64,000 nt of DNA, taken from positions 40,703-104,702 of IMG/VR virus record IMGVR_UViG_3300028833_000101; one strand, written 5' to 3'. Below the pieces are notes generated by a model that was not told the DNA's origin, did not search any database, and worked only from the letters and a program-made list of their open reading frames with translations. Origin of the DNA: a virus (lineage: Duplodnaviria; Caudoviricetes). Shown one piece after another: positions 48,634 to 58,443 of the stretch (the stretch's first letter is position 1; every line of letters begins with the position of its first letter). The position numbers and the translations under genes are program-made.

Positions 48634-50349
48634 ATGATCTACGTCAGAGAGATCGTTCCAAGAAAATTTTCCGGGCTAAGTTCATTCTTAGTCTCTTTTC
48701 AGTATGACCCAAAGATAGTAGAAGCGATCAAAACAGTTCCGGCCTACTACTATCACAAGAAAGATTTGTGCTGAGAGATTCCAAGTGACTATCTTGCCAC
48801 TCTTTTAGATACACTTACTTTCTTAGATAATATACAGTTGATAATGCTTCCTGAAACTGAGGTGATTCTAAACCAGGATGATTTCAGTTTGACCCAGGCG
48901 GAAATAGACCAACTTCATTTCAAACCATTTCCACATCAAGTAGATGCGATCAACTATGGCTTAAATCCGAAACACACTAAGTGGCTCTTACTAGACAGCA
49001 TGGGCCTTGGCAAAACGTTAGAGATCATCGGATATGCAGAAACTCTAAAATCCAGAGGTCTTATCGATCACTGTCTCATTATTTGCGGAGTAGATTCACT
49101 AAGACAGAACTGGAAATCCGAAATCGAGAAGTTTTCAAACTATGGTGTTAGAGTCTTAGGCGAATACATCACTAAGAATGGAACCATCAGATACAGAACG
49201 ATCCCAGAGAGAGCTGCGGAGTTAAAAGAACCAATCTCAGAATTCTTCGTAGTAATTAACGCAGCCACACTAAGACATGATGAAGTGATCGATGCATTTA
49301 AAAAATCTAAGAACAAGTTTGGTTTGATTGCAGTAGATGAAGTGCATCGCTTTGCATCATCAACATCGCAACAAGGCGACAACCTACTAAAACTAAAATC
49401 TGATTACAAGGTTGCAGCTACAGGTACACTTTTACTAAATTCACCGATCAGCTGTTATGTACCTCTAGTGTGGACTGAGAACGATCATAGCATCTTAACA
49501 AACTTCAAAGCTCAGTACTGTAAATTCGGCGGTTTTGGTGATAAACAGATCGTTGGATATAAGAATTTAGAGACACTGAGAGAAGAAATAAATTCTTGTA
49601 TGATCCGAAGAACGTTGGATCAAGTGCGTGATGACATGCCACTAAAGAACATTACTTACCAGATAGTAGAAATGTCTGATCAACATCGTAAGTTTTATGA
49701 TGCTATAGTGGACGGTGTAAAATCAGAAGCTGATAAGATCAAGCTCAATACATCGAACTTACTTGCGTTAACCACTAGACTTCGCCAGGCTACAGCATGT
49801 CCTAGTGTGCTTACCACTCAGAACATCGTAAGCTCTAAGGTCGAAAGAGCTGCGGAAATAGCTACAGATCTACTAGAGTCAGGCGAGAAAGTCGTAGTGT
49901 TCAGTATGTTCAAGGAATCTGTACAGGCTTTAGCTACGATGCTAGCACAGTACAAGCCGCTAATCTGTACAGGCGATTACACTGAACAGCAGATCAAATC
50001 TAGTGTGGAAGCTTTCCAAAACGATCCAAATTCGAAATTACTGATCGGTACGCATCAGAAGATGGGTACTGGATTTACACTAAATTCAGCATCGTACTTG
50101 ATCTGCATCGACACACCATGGACTGATGCTTCACTAAGCCAGTCTACAGATCGTATCTGGCGAATCACTAACAAGTATCCAGCATATGTTACCGTGCTTA
50201 CTTGCGCTGATACTATTGATGAACGTGTTAGAGAGATCGTCGAAACTAAGAAGGATCTATCTGACTACATGATCGACGGTGTAGAGAATGAGCTCGCAGT
50301 TAGTGAACAGCTTTCGAATGAGATGCGCAGAATCATTCAGAACCTTTAG
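48634..50349 (+). CDS. SNF2-family helicase with N-terminal HARP-like domain; 1 TGA
   Basis: DSMGLGKT, DEVH, ATGT, RLRQ, QSTDRIWRI motifs; FQYDPKIVEAIKTVP...C(W)EIP at the N-terminus. Confidence 0.9.
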
Positions 50350-50541
50350 TGAATCTATGCGCGCGATGGAGAACGCGTATGCATATGTACGTGTGCGCGT
50401 TTCTATTTTAATAAATTAATAAATTATTAAATCATTAAATTAATAAATTATTAAATTAATAAATTATTAAATCATTAAAAATCTTATTTACTTTATGTCC
50501 AAAATATGTTATAATATTGTTAGAATATAGAGAGGCTTAAT

Positions 50542-50760
50542 ATGACAGCAAAAGAAGAATTAAAAGAATATTTAAATTCAGCTGACCCACAAGATTTGGT
50601 TGACTGTTTGAAAGAACATTTAGAAAAAGATGCTACTGATAAAAAGCATTTCGAAATGATTTCGATACTATATTGGAATGAAAAAAATACTTTTAATACT
50701 TTAAGTGCTGGATGTAAAGCCTCAATACTAATTTACCTAGCAATGAGAAACAGAGGATAG
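50542..50760 (+). CDS. Early hypothetical protein
   Basis: Promoter plus GAGG RBS. Confidence 0.7.
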   Translation: MTAKEELKEYLNSADPQDLVDCLKEHLEKDATDKKHFEMISILYWNEKNTFNTLSAGCKASILIYLAMRNRG

Positions 50761-50764
50761 TAAT

Positions 50765-51343
50765 ATGGGAAAAGATACATTAAAAGTTATTGGTGCTTCA
50801 AATCACTGTGATGAAGAACGTTCCAAGTTAGACTATTACGGAACTGACCCGCGTTCAACTAAAGCATTATTAAGCGTAGAGAAATTCGACCACGAAATTT
50901 GGGAACCATGTGCTGGACACCACTTAATGGTCAATACACTTATCGAAGCTGGATATCATGTGCTGGCTACTGATATCGCTGAGTACGAAGGCGTTCAACA
51001 TGCTAAGATGAACTTCCTAGATATAGAAGGTTCCTGGGATGGAGATATCATTACAAACCCACCATATGGACTATCAACTGACTTCGCTGTTAAAGCACTT
51101 GAATTGGTAAAGCCTGGACACAAAGTTGCGATGTTTCTGAGAACTTTGTTCTTAGAAGGCACCAAGAGATATGAGAAACTCTTCAGTGTCAACCCACCAA
51201 AAACTGTTTATGTCTTCACGAACCGCCAAGTCTCAGACAAAAATGATGATTTCAACAAAGGCTCTGCAGTATCATACAGCTGGTTCGTCTGGGAAAAAGG
51301 ATATCAAGGTCCAACTGAAATTAAGTGGATTTCAAGCAAATAA
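50765..51343 (+). CDS. Phage DNA amino-methyltransferase (probably m6A)
   Basis: DYYGTDP, WEPCAG (motif I), IITNPPY (motif IV), SWFVW. Confidence 0.85.
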   Translation: MGKDTLKVIGASNHCDEERSKLDYYGTDPRSTKALLSVEKFDHEIWEPCAGHHLMVNTLIEAGYHVLATDIAEYEGVQHAKMNFLDIEGSWDGDIITNPPYGLSTDFAVKALELVKPGHKVAMFLRTLFLEGTKRYEKLFSVNPPKTVYVFTNRQVSDKNDDFNKGSAVSYSWFVWEKGYQGPTEIKWISSK

Positions 51344-51381
51344 GGGTTTACAAAACCCTTTTTTTGTGCTATAATATAATT

Positions 51382-51558
51382 ATGAAACAGAAGATTAAGA
51401 TTATTGACAAAACTACTGGCAAGGTTCTTGAGAAAGAAGTGGAAATTCGAAATCAAGATCATTTCGAAGTGCAACTTAGAACTCGTGCACATATTTTTCG
51501 TAATCGCAAAGCGTATAATAGAAAGAAGAAGCACAAACATGCAAACGAAGAAGATTAG
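51382..51558 (+). CDS. Small basic protein with ArfA/BrfA-like C-terminal motif
   Basis: RAHIFRNRKAYNRKKKHK; leaderless ATG after TATAAT. Confidence 0.55.
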   Translation: MKQKIKIIDKTTGKVLEKEVEIRNQDHFEVQLRTRAHIFRNRKAYNRKKKHKHANEED

Positions 51559-51733
51559 TATTGAACTTACAGAAGATGAAGCTAAAGTAGTGTCGGATTA
51601 CCTATTCAGAAAAGCTTGCAAGCTAGAAGATGCAAATTTGACTGACTCTTACTGTTATCCAAGACTATATTCTGCTTATCATAAGATTAACAGAGCAATG
51701 GGAGATGACAAGGATGGAAATGGAACAAATTGA
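51539..51733 (+). CDS. Early hypothetical protein ending at TGA
   Basis: ATG at 51539; overlaps both neighbours. Confidence 0.6.
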   Translation: MQTKKISIELTEDEAKVVSDYLFRKACKLEDANLTDSYCYPRLYSAYHKINRAMGDDKDGNGTN

Positions 51734-52145
51734 TTTATCAGATCCAAAAAAGTTTTTTAGCGAACTAGTAAAGAAAGCATTAGAAGGAAAACAATCTAAT
51801 TTCGAATTTATCCGAGATCTTGAAATGCTTAAAGTAGCAAGGCTCTACAAAATCGGAACAAGAAAAGTATTTAGAGTGTTTAAGAGTTTGCATAAAGCTT
51901 TAATAAAAGTGTACGCTAAAGATGTTCTGACAGATGAACAAAAACTAGAAATGATCATGTCAATAAAGCAATTTGAAATCTGCTGCGAATATTATAAAAA
52001 AGAATGTGCAATCGCGAAAGACATGATTTCAGAATATAAAACTTATGTGTTTAGCGGACATATCTTAGCACAGTTATTCTTCAACGGTGTGCGACCAGAC
52101 AATGAATGTGTAGACTATAGAAAATTACCTTGGAAATTATTTTAA
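51705..52145 (+). CDS. Early hypothetical protein
   Basis: ORF track; start uncertain (51705, 51714 or 51720). Confidence 0.65.
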   Translation: MTRMEMEQIDLSDPKKFFSELVKKALEGKQSNFEFIRDLEMLKVARLYKIGTRKVFRVFKSLHKALIKVYAKDVLTDEQKLEMIMSIKQFEICCEYYKKECAIAKDMISEYKTYVFSGHILAQLFFNGVRPDNECVDYRKLPWKLF

Positions 52146-52200
52146 AAAGCATTTACAAACATGCACTAACGCGTTATAATATTATTAGGAGAAAAGAATA

Positions 52201-52398
52201 ATGAAAGTTCAAAGTTCGACAATTTCAGAAATTAATTACGACGGAAACCTTCTTACTATCTCGTTCACGAATGGTAGAGAATATGTCTATGAAGGTGTGC
52301 CAGCCAGTATCTATGAGGCTTTCACTCAAGCGGACAGCAAAGGAAAGTATTTCCACGAGAACATTAATTATCGATACAATTATTCGAGAATTAAATAA
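52201..52398 (+). CDS. KTSC domain protein
   Basis: VQSSTISEINYD...L.I.F.NG..Y.YEGVP..IY..F..ADSKGKYF...I. Confidence 0.9.
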   Translation: MKVQSSTISEINYDGNLLTISFTNGREYVYEGVPASIYEAFTQADSKGKYFHENINYRYNYSRIK

Positions 52399-52489
52399 AA
52401 AAACTATTTACAAATAATTAAAAACGTGTTATAATAATAATGTAAAGAGTGAATGGCGACACTCTTAAATAAAACGGAGGTAAACAAAA

Positions 52490-52801
52490 ATGGCTAAAAC
52501 TTACATGACTGGTTGGGGAATGCGTGGAGAACGCACCGCAAGAGGTGGACGCGATGGTGTCCAATGTGCTGCACAATCTTATGATGGCAGCGTGATCGTT
52601 AGCAACAGATATGTTGAAGATGAGAATGGAAAAGAACACTTAGAGATTCGTGTTGGAACAAACGACGGTTCGAGTTGTTATTCTGACTGGAGCTCAAACG
52701 ATTTCAATGGAACATTTGAAGAGTTCAAAGCATTACTCAAACTCAATAAAGAAATTAAAGAAGGCAAAGTTTCTGTGGTAAGACACAGAATCAAGCGATA
52801 G
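52490..52801 (+). CDS. Early hypothetical protein
   Basis: Promoter plus GGAGGT RBS. Confidence 0.75.
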   Translation: MAKTYMTGWGMRGERTARGGRDGVQCAAQSYDGSVIVSNRYVEDENGKEHLEIRVGTNDGSSCYSDWSSNDFNGTFEEFKALLKLNKEIKEGKVSVVRHRIKR

Positions 52802-52898
52802 ATTCCTCTCTTTCTGAAAAGTTGGTCTGTAAAAGATCGACTTTTTATTTACTTTTTTTCTAAAGCGTGTTATAATATTATTAGAGAGGTAAAGAGAT

Positions 52899-53315
52899 AT
52901 GAAAAATAAAAACTTAGCAAAACAAGAATATCTTGAAATGATTAAACAGTCCTGGACTTGGGCTAAACTTACAGAAGAGGAAAGAAAAAAGTTTTCGGAG
53001 TTATTAGAACATCCTTGTTCTGCAGTAGTTATTAAAGGAAACTACGATCAACGTTGGGAAGCTTGTGAAGCTTTATACCATACTTATTTAGAAGGACTTG
53101 GATATGACCCACTTCATTGGCGTGAAGGTATGGAAGAGCCTAGCGAAACAACTTATTATGAAATTGACTATAAATGCCACGGTGTAGAACAAAAACCGTT
53201 GACACTTACTGATGTCATGCAGGCTAGACGTTTGCATTCAGCTTTGAAAACTGACAGTAGAAATACAGATGTGAAGTTAATGAGAATTAAGATTATCTCG
53301 AGTGAGGTAAAGTAA
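52899..53315 (+). CDS. Early hypothetical protein
   Basis: Promoter plus GAGGT RBS. Confidence 0.75.
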   Translation: MKNKNLAKQEYLEMIKQSWTWAKLTEEERKKFSELLEHPCSAVVIKGNYDQRWEACEALYHTYLEGLGYDPLHWREGMEEPSETTYYEIDYKCHGVEQKPLTLTDVMQARRLHSALKTDSRNTDVKLMRIKIISSEVK

Positions 53316-53316
53316 G

Positions 53317-53604
53317 ATGAGCTATTATAAAGTTAAAACTACATCCGTTGATTACTGTGTTGAAGAAGAAGATATTTGTGACACTTTTGAAGAGCAACAC
53401 CCTGAAGTAGAAGTAGACAGTGATGAATATTGTGAAGCTATCGATGCTGAAGTTACTAGACTTAAAAATAGTTTGCCACAGACGCTGGAACTTGAAATAG
53501 AGTGCGATCCAGAAGACCTTGACGATATGGTTTGCGATGCTATCAGTGAGGAAACTGGTTGGCTTGTCAATAGCTTCACCTATGACATTCTTGAACAAAA
53601 ATAA
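53317..53604 (+). CDS. Early acidic hypothetical protein
   Basis: GAGGT RBS; DAISEETGWLV motif. Confidence 0.75.
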   Translation: MSYYKVKTTSVDYCVEEEDICDTFEEQHPEVEVDSDEYCEAIDAEVTRLKNSLPQTLELEIECDPEDLDDMVCDAISEETGWLVNSFTYDILEQK

Positions 53605-53668
53605 ATTAAAGGGTTTACAAAACCCTTTTTTCGTGATATAATAATAGTATAAGAGAGGTAATTAAAAT

Positions 53669-54184
53669 ATGGAATTAAATGGAAAAACATTAGAAGAAGT
53701 ATTAAACACTGAATTAGTTGGTAAAGACGTTGGTTATTCACATTGGAACTTTACTGGTGCATTGTTAAAGGTTCTTCGTATCTTAGCGAAAGAGGCTGGT
53801 CTAAATGAAAATAATTTCAGTTATAAAACCCAAGGCACAAACTCAGTGTATCTTACTTATAAAAATATAAGTTTTGGTGATGCTACATTTCAAAAGCAAA
53901 AAGGCAAATATAAATACGGAAGTTATGAATGGACTTTTAAGAAAGTTTTCGTTAATCTTTGGAATGAAGACGGTTATTCAAGTTATAAGGGTTTAACTTT
54001 CTTAGACATGATTGCTAAGATCAATGAAGAGTTAGATGTTAAGAAAACTAGAGAACAAGCCAAACTTGAACAAGCGAAGAAAGTATTTCAAAAGATTAAA
54101 GAAGAGATTGGTGCCAAAGACGATTATGAGGTTACAAACTTCATTGAATATATGAATAAAAACAGATATTCACTTCGTCAATAA
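53669..54184 (+). CDS. Early hypothetical protein
   Basis: Promoter plus RBS. Confidence 0.75.
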   Translation: MELNGKTLEEVLNTELVGKDVGYSHWNFTGALLKVLRILAKEAGLNENNFSYKTQGTNSVYLTYKNISFGDATFQKQKGKYKYGSYEWTFKKVFVNLWNEDGYSSYKGLTFLDMIAKINEELDVKKTREQAKLEQAKKVFQKIKEEIGAKDDYEVTNFIEYMNKNRYSLRQ

Positions 54185-54275
54185 TTCTTGCAAAAATTAA
54201 GTAAATTGTGTAAAAAACAGTTTACTTTTTTATTAAAACGTGATATAATTATAATAGAGAGAGGTTAAGAGAACT

Positions 54276-54605
54276 ATGAAAAAATACTTAATTCATTTTA
54301 TGAGTGTTGACACCCCAAGCGTTGAGGACGATGGTATTAGTGCTGGCACAGGGTTTGGAATTCACCCACAAGCATTTGACTCAAAAGAAGATGCACAAAA
54401 ATACTTGGAAGAAACTTTAATTCCAGAAGACCAAGCCAACTTAGAAGATTGCTACGGAATTACTGATGATCCTGAACTTGCTGACAATTATGAGTTTTCA
54501 GTTGAAGACGGTAGTTATGATAGAAAGCAATTAGTTGTTTATGACGCGTTCGACGGAAATGAACTTAATACAACTATCTATGAAGTCGTGGAGGTTGAAT
54601 TCTAA
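54276..54605 (+). CDS. Early acidic hypothetical protein
   Basis: Promoter plus RBS. Confidence 0.75.
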   Translation: MKKYLIHFMSVDTPSVEDDGISAGTGFGIHPQAFDSKEDAQKYLEETLIPEDQANLEDCYGITDDPELADNYEFSVEDGSYDRKQLVVYDAFDGNELNTTIYEVVEVEF

Positions 54606-54778
54606 TGAGAACAGTTTATGTTGTCATCAAAGACGGAATTATTCAAGATGCTTATGCAGATCATCTTACTGATTTAGTGGTATTAGATTACGATACTCAA
54701 GATGAAGAAATGATTAAGCAACTTGATAAAGAACTTGCTAAGATTAAAGAAAGCAATGATTGTATTGAAATTCTTTAA
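54605..54778 (+). CDS. Small early protein (57 aa)
   Basis: GGAGGT RBS, TAATG coupling; VYVVIKDGIIQDAYAD...VLDYD. Confidence 0.6.
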   Translation: MRTVYVVIKDGIIQDAYADHLTDLVVLDYDTQDEEMIKQLDKELAKIKESNDCIEIL

Positions 54779-54791
54779 GAGGTAAGAAAAA

Positions 54792-55034
54792 ATGGAACAA
54801 AGCATTTTAGATCAAGAAGAATTAAACAAAAGAGCCGATGAAGTATTTGACTTAAGTATCGGCGATTATGTCTACGATGTGTTTGTAGAAGATAATGGCA
54901 CTGTCAGAATCCCAATGCGAGAACTTAGTGATTTAGACGGCGACTATGTTGACTTCGATTATAAACCTGATATGACAGAAAGACCAGAAGCATTAGATTA
55001 TCTAATGGGAAAGAGAGACGATTTCAATGACTAA
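54792..55034 (+). CDS. Early hypothetical protein
   Basis: GAGGT RBS. Confidence 0.7.
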   Translation: MEQSILDQEELNKRADEVFDLSIGDYVYDVFVEDNGTVRIPMRELSDLDGDYVDFDYKPDMTERPEALDYLMGKRDDFND

Positions 55035-55290
55035 GATTTATATTGTAGTAGATGCTTGTAGCGGTGAAGATTATAGCACTGATGATCCAACCATTCTTTG
55101 TGTGGATACTAATGAAGAACGTGCAAAAGATTTCTTTGAGGAAGAAATTGAAAACTGGGAAGACGGAATGACTAACTTCGATTCCAATACCACAGAGCAT
55201 TATGGTGAAACCAAGTTAGTTTATGAATGCACTGACTATGAAGGTGACTCACATAGAGTAATGAAATTAGTTGAAAAAGAAATTCAATAA
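55027..55290 (+). CDS. Early acidic hypothetical protein
   Basis: ORF track. Confidence 0.7.
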   Translation: MTKIYIVVDACSGEDYSTDDPTILCVDTNEERAKDFFEEEIENWEDGMTNFDSNTTEHYGETKLVYECTDYEGDSHRVMKLVEKEIQ

Positions 55291-55361
55291 AAATTAAAAA
55301 AGGGTTTACAAAAAGCCCTTTTTATGTTATAATATATGTAGAGTAAAGAGAGGTAAAAAGA

Positions 55362-55994
55362 ATGGGACAATATTATTATCCAACAATCCTTAGGGAAAAG
55401 AATAAAAGATTTTATAGTGAGGAATTTTTTTCTCATGATTATCACAACGGCTTGAAACTAACAGAACATAGTTATTGTGGAAATAACTTTGTTGAAACTG
55501 TTATGGCACAACTATTTAATAAACCTGGTCGACTTGCATGGCTTGGCGACTATCATGAGAAAGGTGACTTTGCTAAGTTAAACTCAGATTTGCCAGACAT
55601 TTTAGAAAAAAGATTTTATGAACACTACAAGTGTTTTGTTACACCGGGTTGTGAAGAAGACTGTAAAGGTAAGCATTTAAGATACTATAATAAGCCAGAA
55701 GAAATAACAGAAAGAAAAGGTAGATTTATTATTAACCATGACAAACACTGTTATATTGATATGGTAGAATATGAAAAGAATAACTTATCTTGTTCTGAAG
55801 ATGACGATTGGAAATTCCATCCAATTCCACTATTAACCGCAGTTGGCAACGGTCGTGGTGGAGGAGACTTCTCTGGTATCGGTGAAGAAGATATTGGTTG
55901 CTGGGCTGGAGATTTACTTGAAGTGCAATGTGCTAGACCAAATGGCTATCGAGATGTAACAGCAGACATTAACTTCCAAGAGAGTTATTGCTAA
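55362..55994 (+). CDS. Phage hypothetical protein (MGQYY...LKLTEHSY...HPIPLLT...GxWAGD)
   Basis: Promoter plus RBS; motif set I recognise from uncharacterised phage proteins. Confidence 0.75.
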   Translation: MGQYYYPTILREKNKRFYSEEFFSHDYHNGLKLTEHSYCGNNFVETVMAQLFNKPGRLAWLGDYHEKGDFAKLNSDLPDILEKRFYEHYKCFVTPGCEEDCKGKHLRYYNKPEEITERKGRFIINHDKHCYIDMVEYEKNNLSCSEDDDWKFHPIPLLTAVGNGRGGGDFSGIGEEDIGCWAGDLLEVQCARPNGYRDVTADINFQESYC

Positions 55995-56064
55995 AAAACA
56001 AAAAAGGTGTTTACAAACATCTTTTTTTGTGTTATAATATTAGTAGAGAGTTGAGGTAATTACT

Positions 56065-56514
56065 ATGAACAAAAAGAATATTGTTACAAAAGAAAACATT
56101 GCTAAAGTTGCTGATTGGTTAAAGACAGCTTGTGATGACTTTGCAAATAATGATGCAAGTGGTTGCTATAATTTCCCACTATCTGATGATTTAGTATTAG
56201 CAGTTGGTTGGTCTGACGGCTATGATATGGCCGATACTGATATTATTAAATCTAAAGAAGGCCAAAGACAACATGGTTCTTGGGTTTGCGGTTGGGCAGT
56301 AAATGCAGCAGTTAAAGTTAGAAATGACTTCGATTGTGCTGACTTCGATATGTTAAACTATCCTTGCTATAATGATGGCGAATGTTGGGACAGTGGAATT
56401 TCTATGAAACCAAATCAAACTCGTAGAGAGTATCGTAGAGACGCTCGTTGGTTCTTAGAAACATTTGTGTCTATGACAAATGCTCACAAGAGAGGTGAAA
56501 TTAGTTATGAGTAA
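56065..56514 (+). CDS. Early hypothetical protein
   Basis: Promoter plus RBS. Confidence 0.75.
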   Translation: MNKKNIVTKENIAKVADWLKTACDDFANNDASGCYNFPLSDDLVLAVGWSDGYDMADTDIIKSKEGQRQHGSWVCGWAVNAAVKVRNDFDCADFDMLNYPCYNDGECWDSGISMKPNQTRREYRRDARWFLETFVSMTNAHKRGEISYE

Positions 56515-56677
56515 AGAAGAGACATATACAATTATTGTTCATTTTTCTGGACATGAAGATCAAGTTCGACATGGTGTTGATAAATTAAATGCTAGTATAA
56601 TTCCCGCTGAATTCGAAATAGCATTCCCAAAAGAATTCAAGAGTGGAAAGATGAGTATTGAAGTAATTAAAGAATAA
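56507..56677 (+). CDS. Small early protein
   Basis: GAGGTG RBS. Confidence 0.55.
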   Translation: MSKEETYTIIVHFSGHEDQVRHGVDKLNASIIPAEFEIAFPKEFKSGKMSIEVIKE

Positions 56678-56737
56678 ATTAAATAACCCGTTTACAGAAG
56701 CGGGTTTTTGTGTTATAATAATAATGAGGAAAATAAT

Positions 56738-57274
56738 ATGATTAAATTAAAACAAGTTAGTCCTGAAAATGTTTGGTATGAATTCGAAGACGAAGTTGAC
56801 TTTGATCAATACAAAGATAAAATGGTTATCACTGGGAATAGAGACTTCAAGTCTATCGGTGATGATACTTTAATCAGTGTTGTTAAAGGCGATTACTATG
56901 ATGAAGATCAAACTTTAGTCGAGAATCCTGATGGTAGTTGCTACGAAGATACTATCGGATATGACTACGAAACAGCAGAAGAATTAGCAAAGCTTTCTGG
57001 TAAGAAAAACTGGGTGGAAGGCGACTTCCGCGGATACTCACAAGGCGATTGGCAAACTATCTGGTTCGTTAAAGATGAAGTTACTCAAGATGAAATTAAA
57101 TACATGGAAAACTTCTACATGGGCAAGATGAGTGAATTTCATGATGAAGATATGTGTTGCTACTATGTGCCCGATGATGTAGTATGGAAAGGCAAGAAAG
57201 AAATTTGTGACTACCTTGGGCTCAACCCCGATGACACAGAGATTTATGATGAAAATGAAAATTTAGTTGAATAA
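56738..57274 (+). CDS. Early hypothetical protein (RGYSQGDW motif)
   Basis: Promoter plus GAGG RBS. Confidence 0.75.
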   Translation: MIKLKQVSPENVWYEFEDEVDFDQYKDKMVITGNRDFKSIGDDTLISVVKGDYYDEDQTLVENPDGSCYEDTIGYDYETAEELAKLSGKKNWVEGDFRGYSQGDWQTIWFVKDEVTQDEIKYMENFYMGKMSEFHDEDMCCYYVPDDVVWKGKKEICDYLGLNPDDTEIYDENENLVE

Positions 57275-57330
57275 ACTATTTACATTTTCTATTTTTCGTG
57301 TTATAATATATTTGAAGAGAGGTAAGAAGT

Positions 57331-57735
57331 ATGGGCTTTAATAAAATTAGAACCATTAGAGTTAGCGAAAGAGTATTTGATATTGTCTGTGAGGCTTTAG
57401 ATAATGAGGCAACAGAAAATTATGTTAAAATTTCCGGATACTTAGAATGCTTTAACAATTGCAGAGAACAAGGTTATGTCCTTCATGTTGATTCAGTTGA
57501 TTGGGACAATCCTAATAAAACTAAAAAAGATTTATGTGTTTGGGCTTTTGAAGCAAGAAGTTCAGATGAGATCGTCGTAAGTTGGCAAACTGAATATCCA
57601 CACAACGGAATGTTCAGCGAAGAAACTTATAAAGAACGCAGAAAATATTTCCATTATGATGAACTTCAAAAAGCAGCAGACTTTATTATCGATTTAGTTA
57701 AAGAACATTTTGCCAATGAATTCAGAGGTGAATAA
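57331..57735 (+). CDS. Early hypothetical protein (NCREQGY motif)
   Basis: Promoter plus RBS. Confidence 0.75.
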   Translation: MGFNKIRTIRVSERVFDIVCEALDNEATENYVKISGYLECFNNCREQGYVLHVDSVDWDNPNKTKKDLCVWAFEARSSDEIVVSWQTEYPHNGMFSEETYKERRKYFHYDELQKAADFIIDLVKEHFANEFRGE

Positions 57736-57736
57736 T

Positions 57737-58072
57737 ATGAAAGACGAATTTGACGAATTATTAGAAGAATTAAATTTAGAAAACTTTGGTGAAGACTTCG
57801 ATGTTAAGCCAGCTATATATCAAGTGTGGATGTTAGGCTACAATGAAGATGAAGCTATTACTGATTATGAAGTAATGGTTAATGAATCTAAAGACGCCGA
57901 ATATGCAGTGGAATATGCTAAGAAATTCGTAGAAGAAAAACGTTATGAGTCTTCAGCGCCATTCCCAGAAGATGTTGCTTACATCGAAATATTAGTCGAG
58001 ACTGTTGTGGATTTTGAAGATCACACAGAAAATGTCGGAACTTTATTTACAACAACTGTAAAAGTGAAATAA
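57737..58072 (+). CDS. Early acidic hypothetical protein
   Basis: GAGGTG RBS. Confidence 0.7.
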   Translation: MKDEFDELLEELNLENFGEDFDVKPAIYQVWMLGYNEDEAITDYEVMVNESKDAEYAVEYAKKFVEEKRYESSAPFPEDVAYIEILVETVVDFEDHTENVGTLFTTTVKVK

Positions 58073-58130
58073 ACTATTTACAAATTAATTTTTACATGTT
58101 ATAATATAAATGACAATGGAGGACTGATTT

Positions 58131-58415
58131 ATGGTAAAGTCAAAACATTTAGGAAAGAAATTTGGTCGCTGGACTGTTACAAGAATTAGCAGAGAACGTG
58201 ATGGACACTATCGTTTCTATTTAACTAGAAAGACAAGCGATGGCGCAATTAAGACTGTTGGTTTAACAAATGTTACAATGGCAAGATTAGCTCGTGGTGA
58301 AACTAGCATCACAACTTTGTTAAAGAACAAACAATTCCAAAGAAACAAATTCCCAAGCAGATCTTATAGAAACTCTGTTTGGTATACTTACAACACAAAC
58401 GGTAGCTTAGAATAA
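58131..58415 (+). CDS. Basic early protein (GKKFGRWTV motif; possibly DNA-binding)
   Basis: GGAGG RBS; N-terminus resembles the G..FGR.TV motif of HNH/AP2-associated domains. Confidence 0.65.
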   Translation: MVKSKHLGKKFGRWTVTRISRERDGHYRFYLTRKTSDGAIKTVGLTNVTMARLARGETSITTLLKNKQFQRNKFPSRSYRNSVWYTYNTNGSLE

Positions 58416-58443
58416 CTATCGGTATCGAAAGGAGGAAGTTGCT

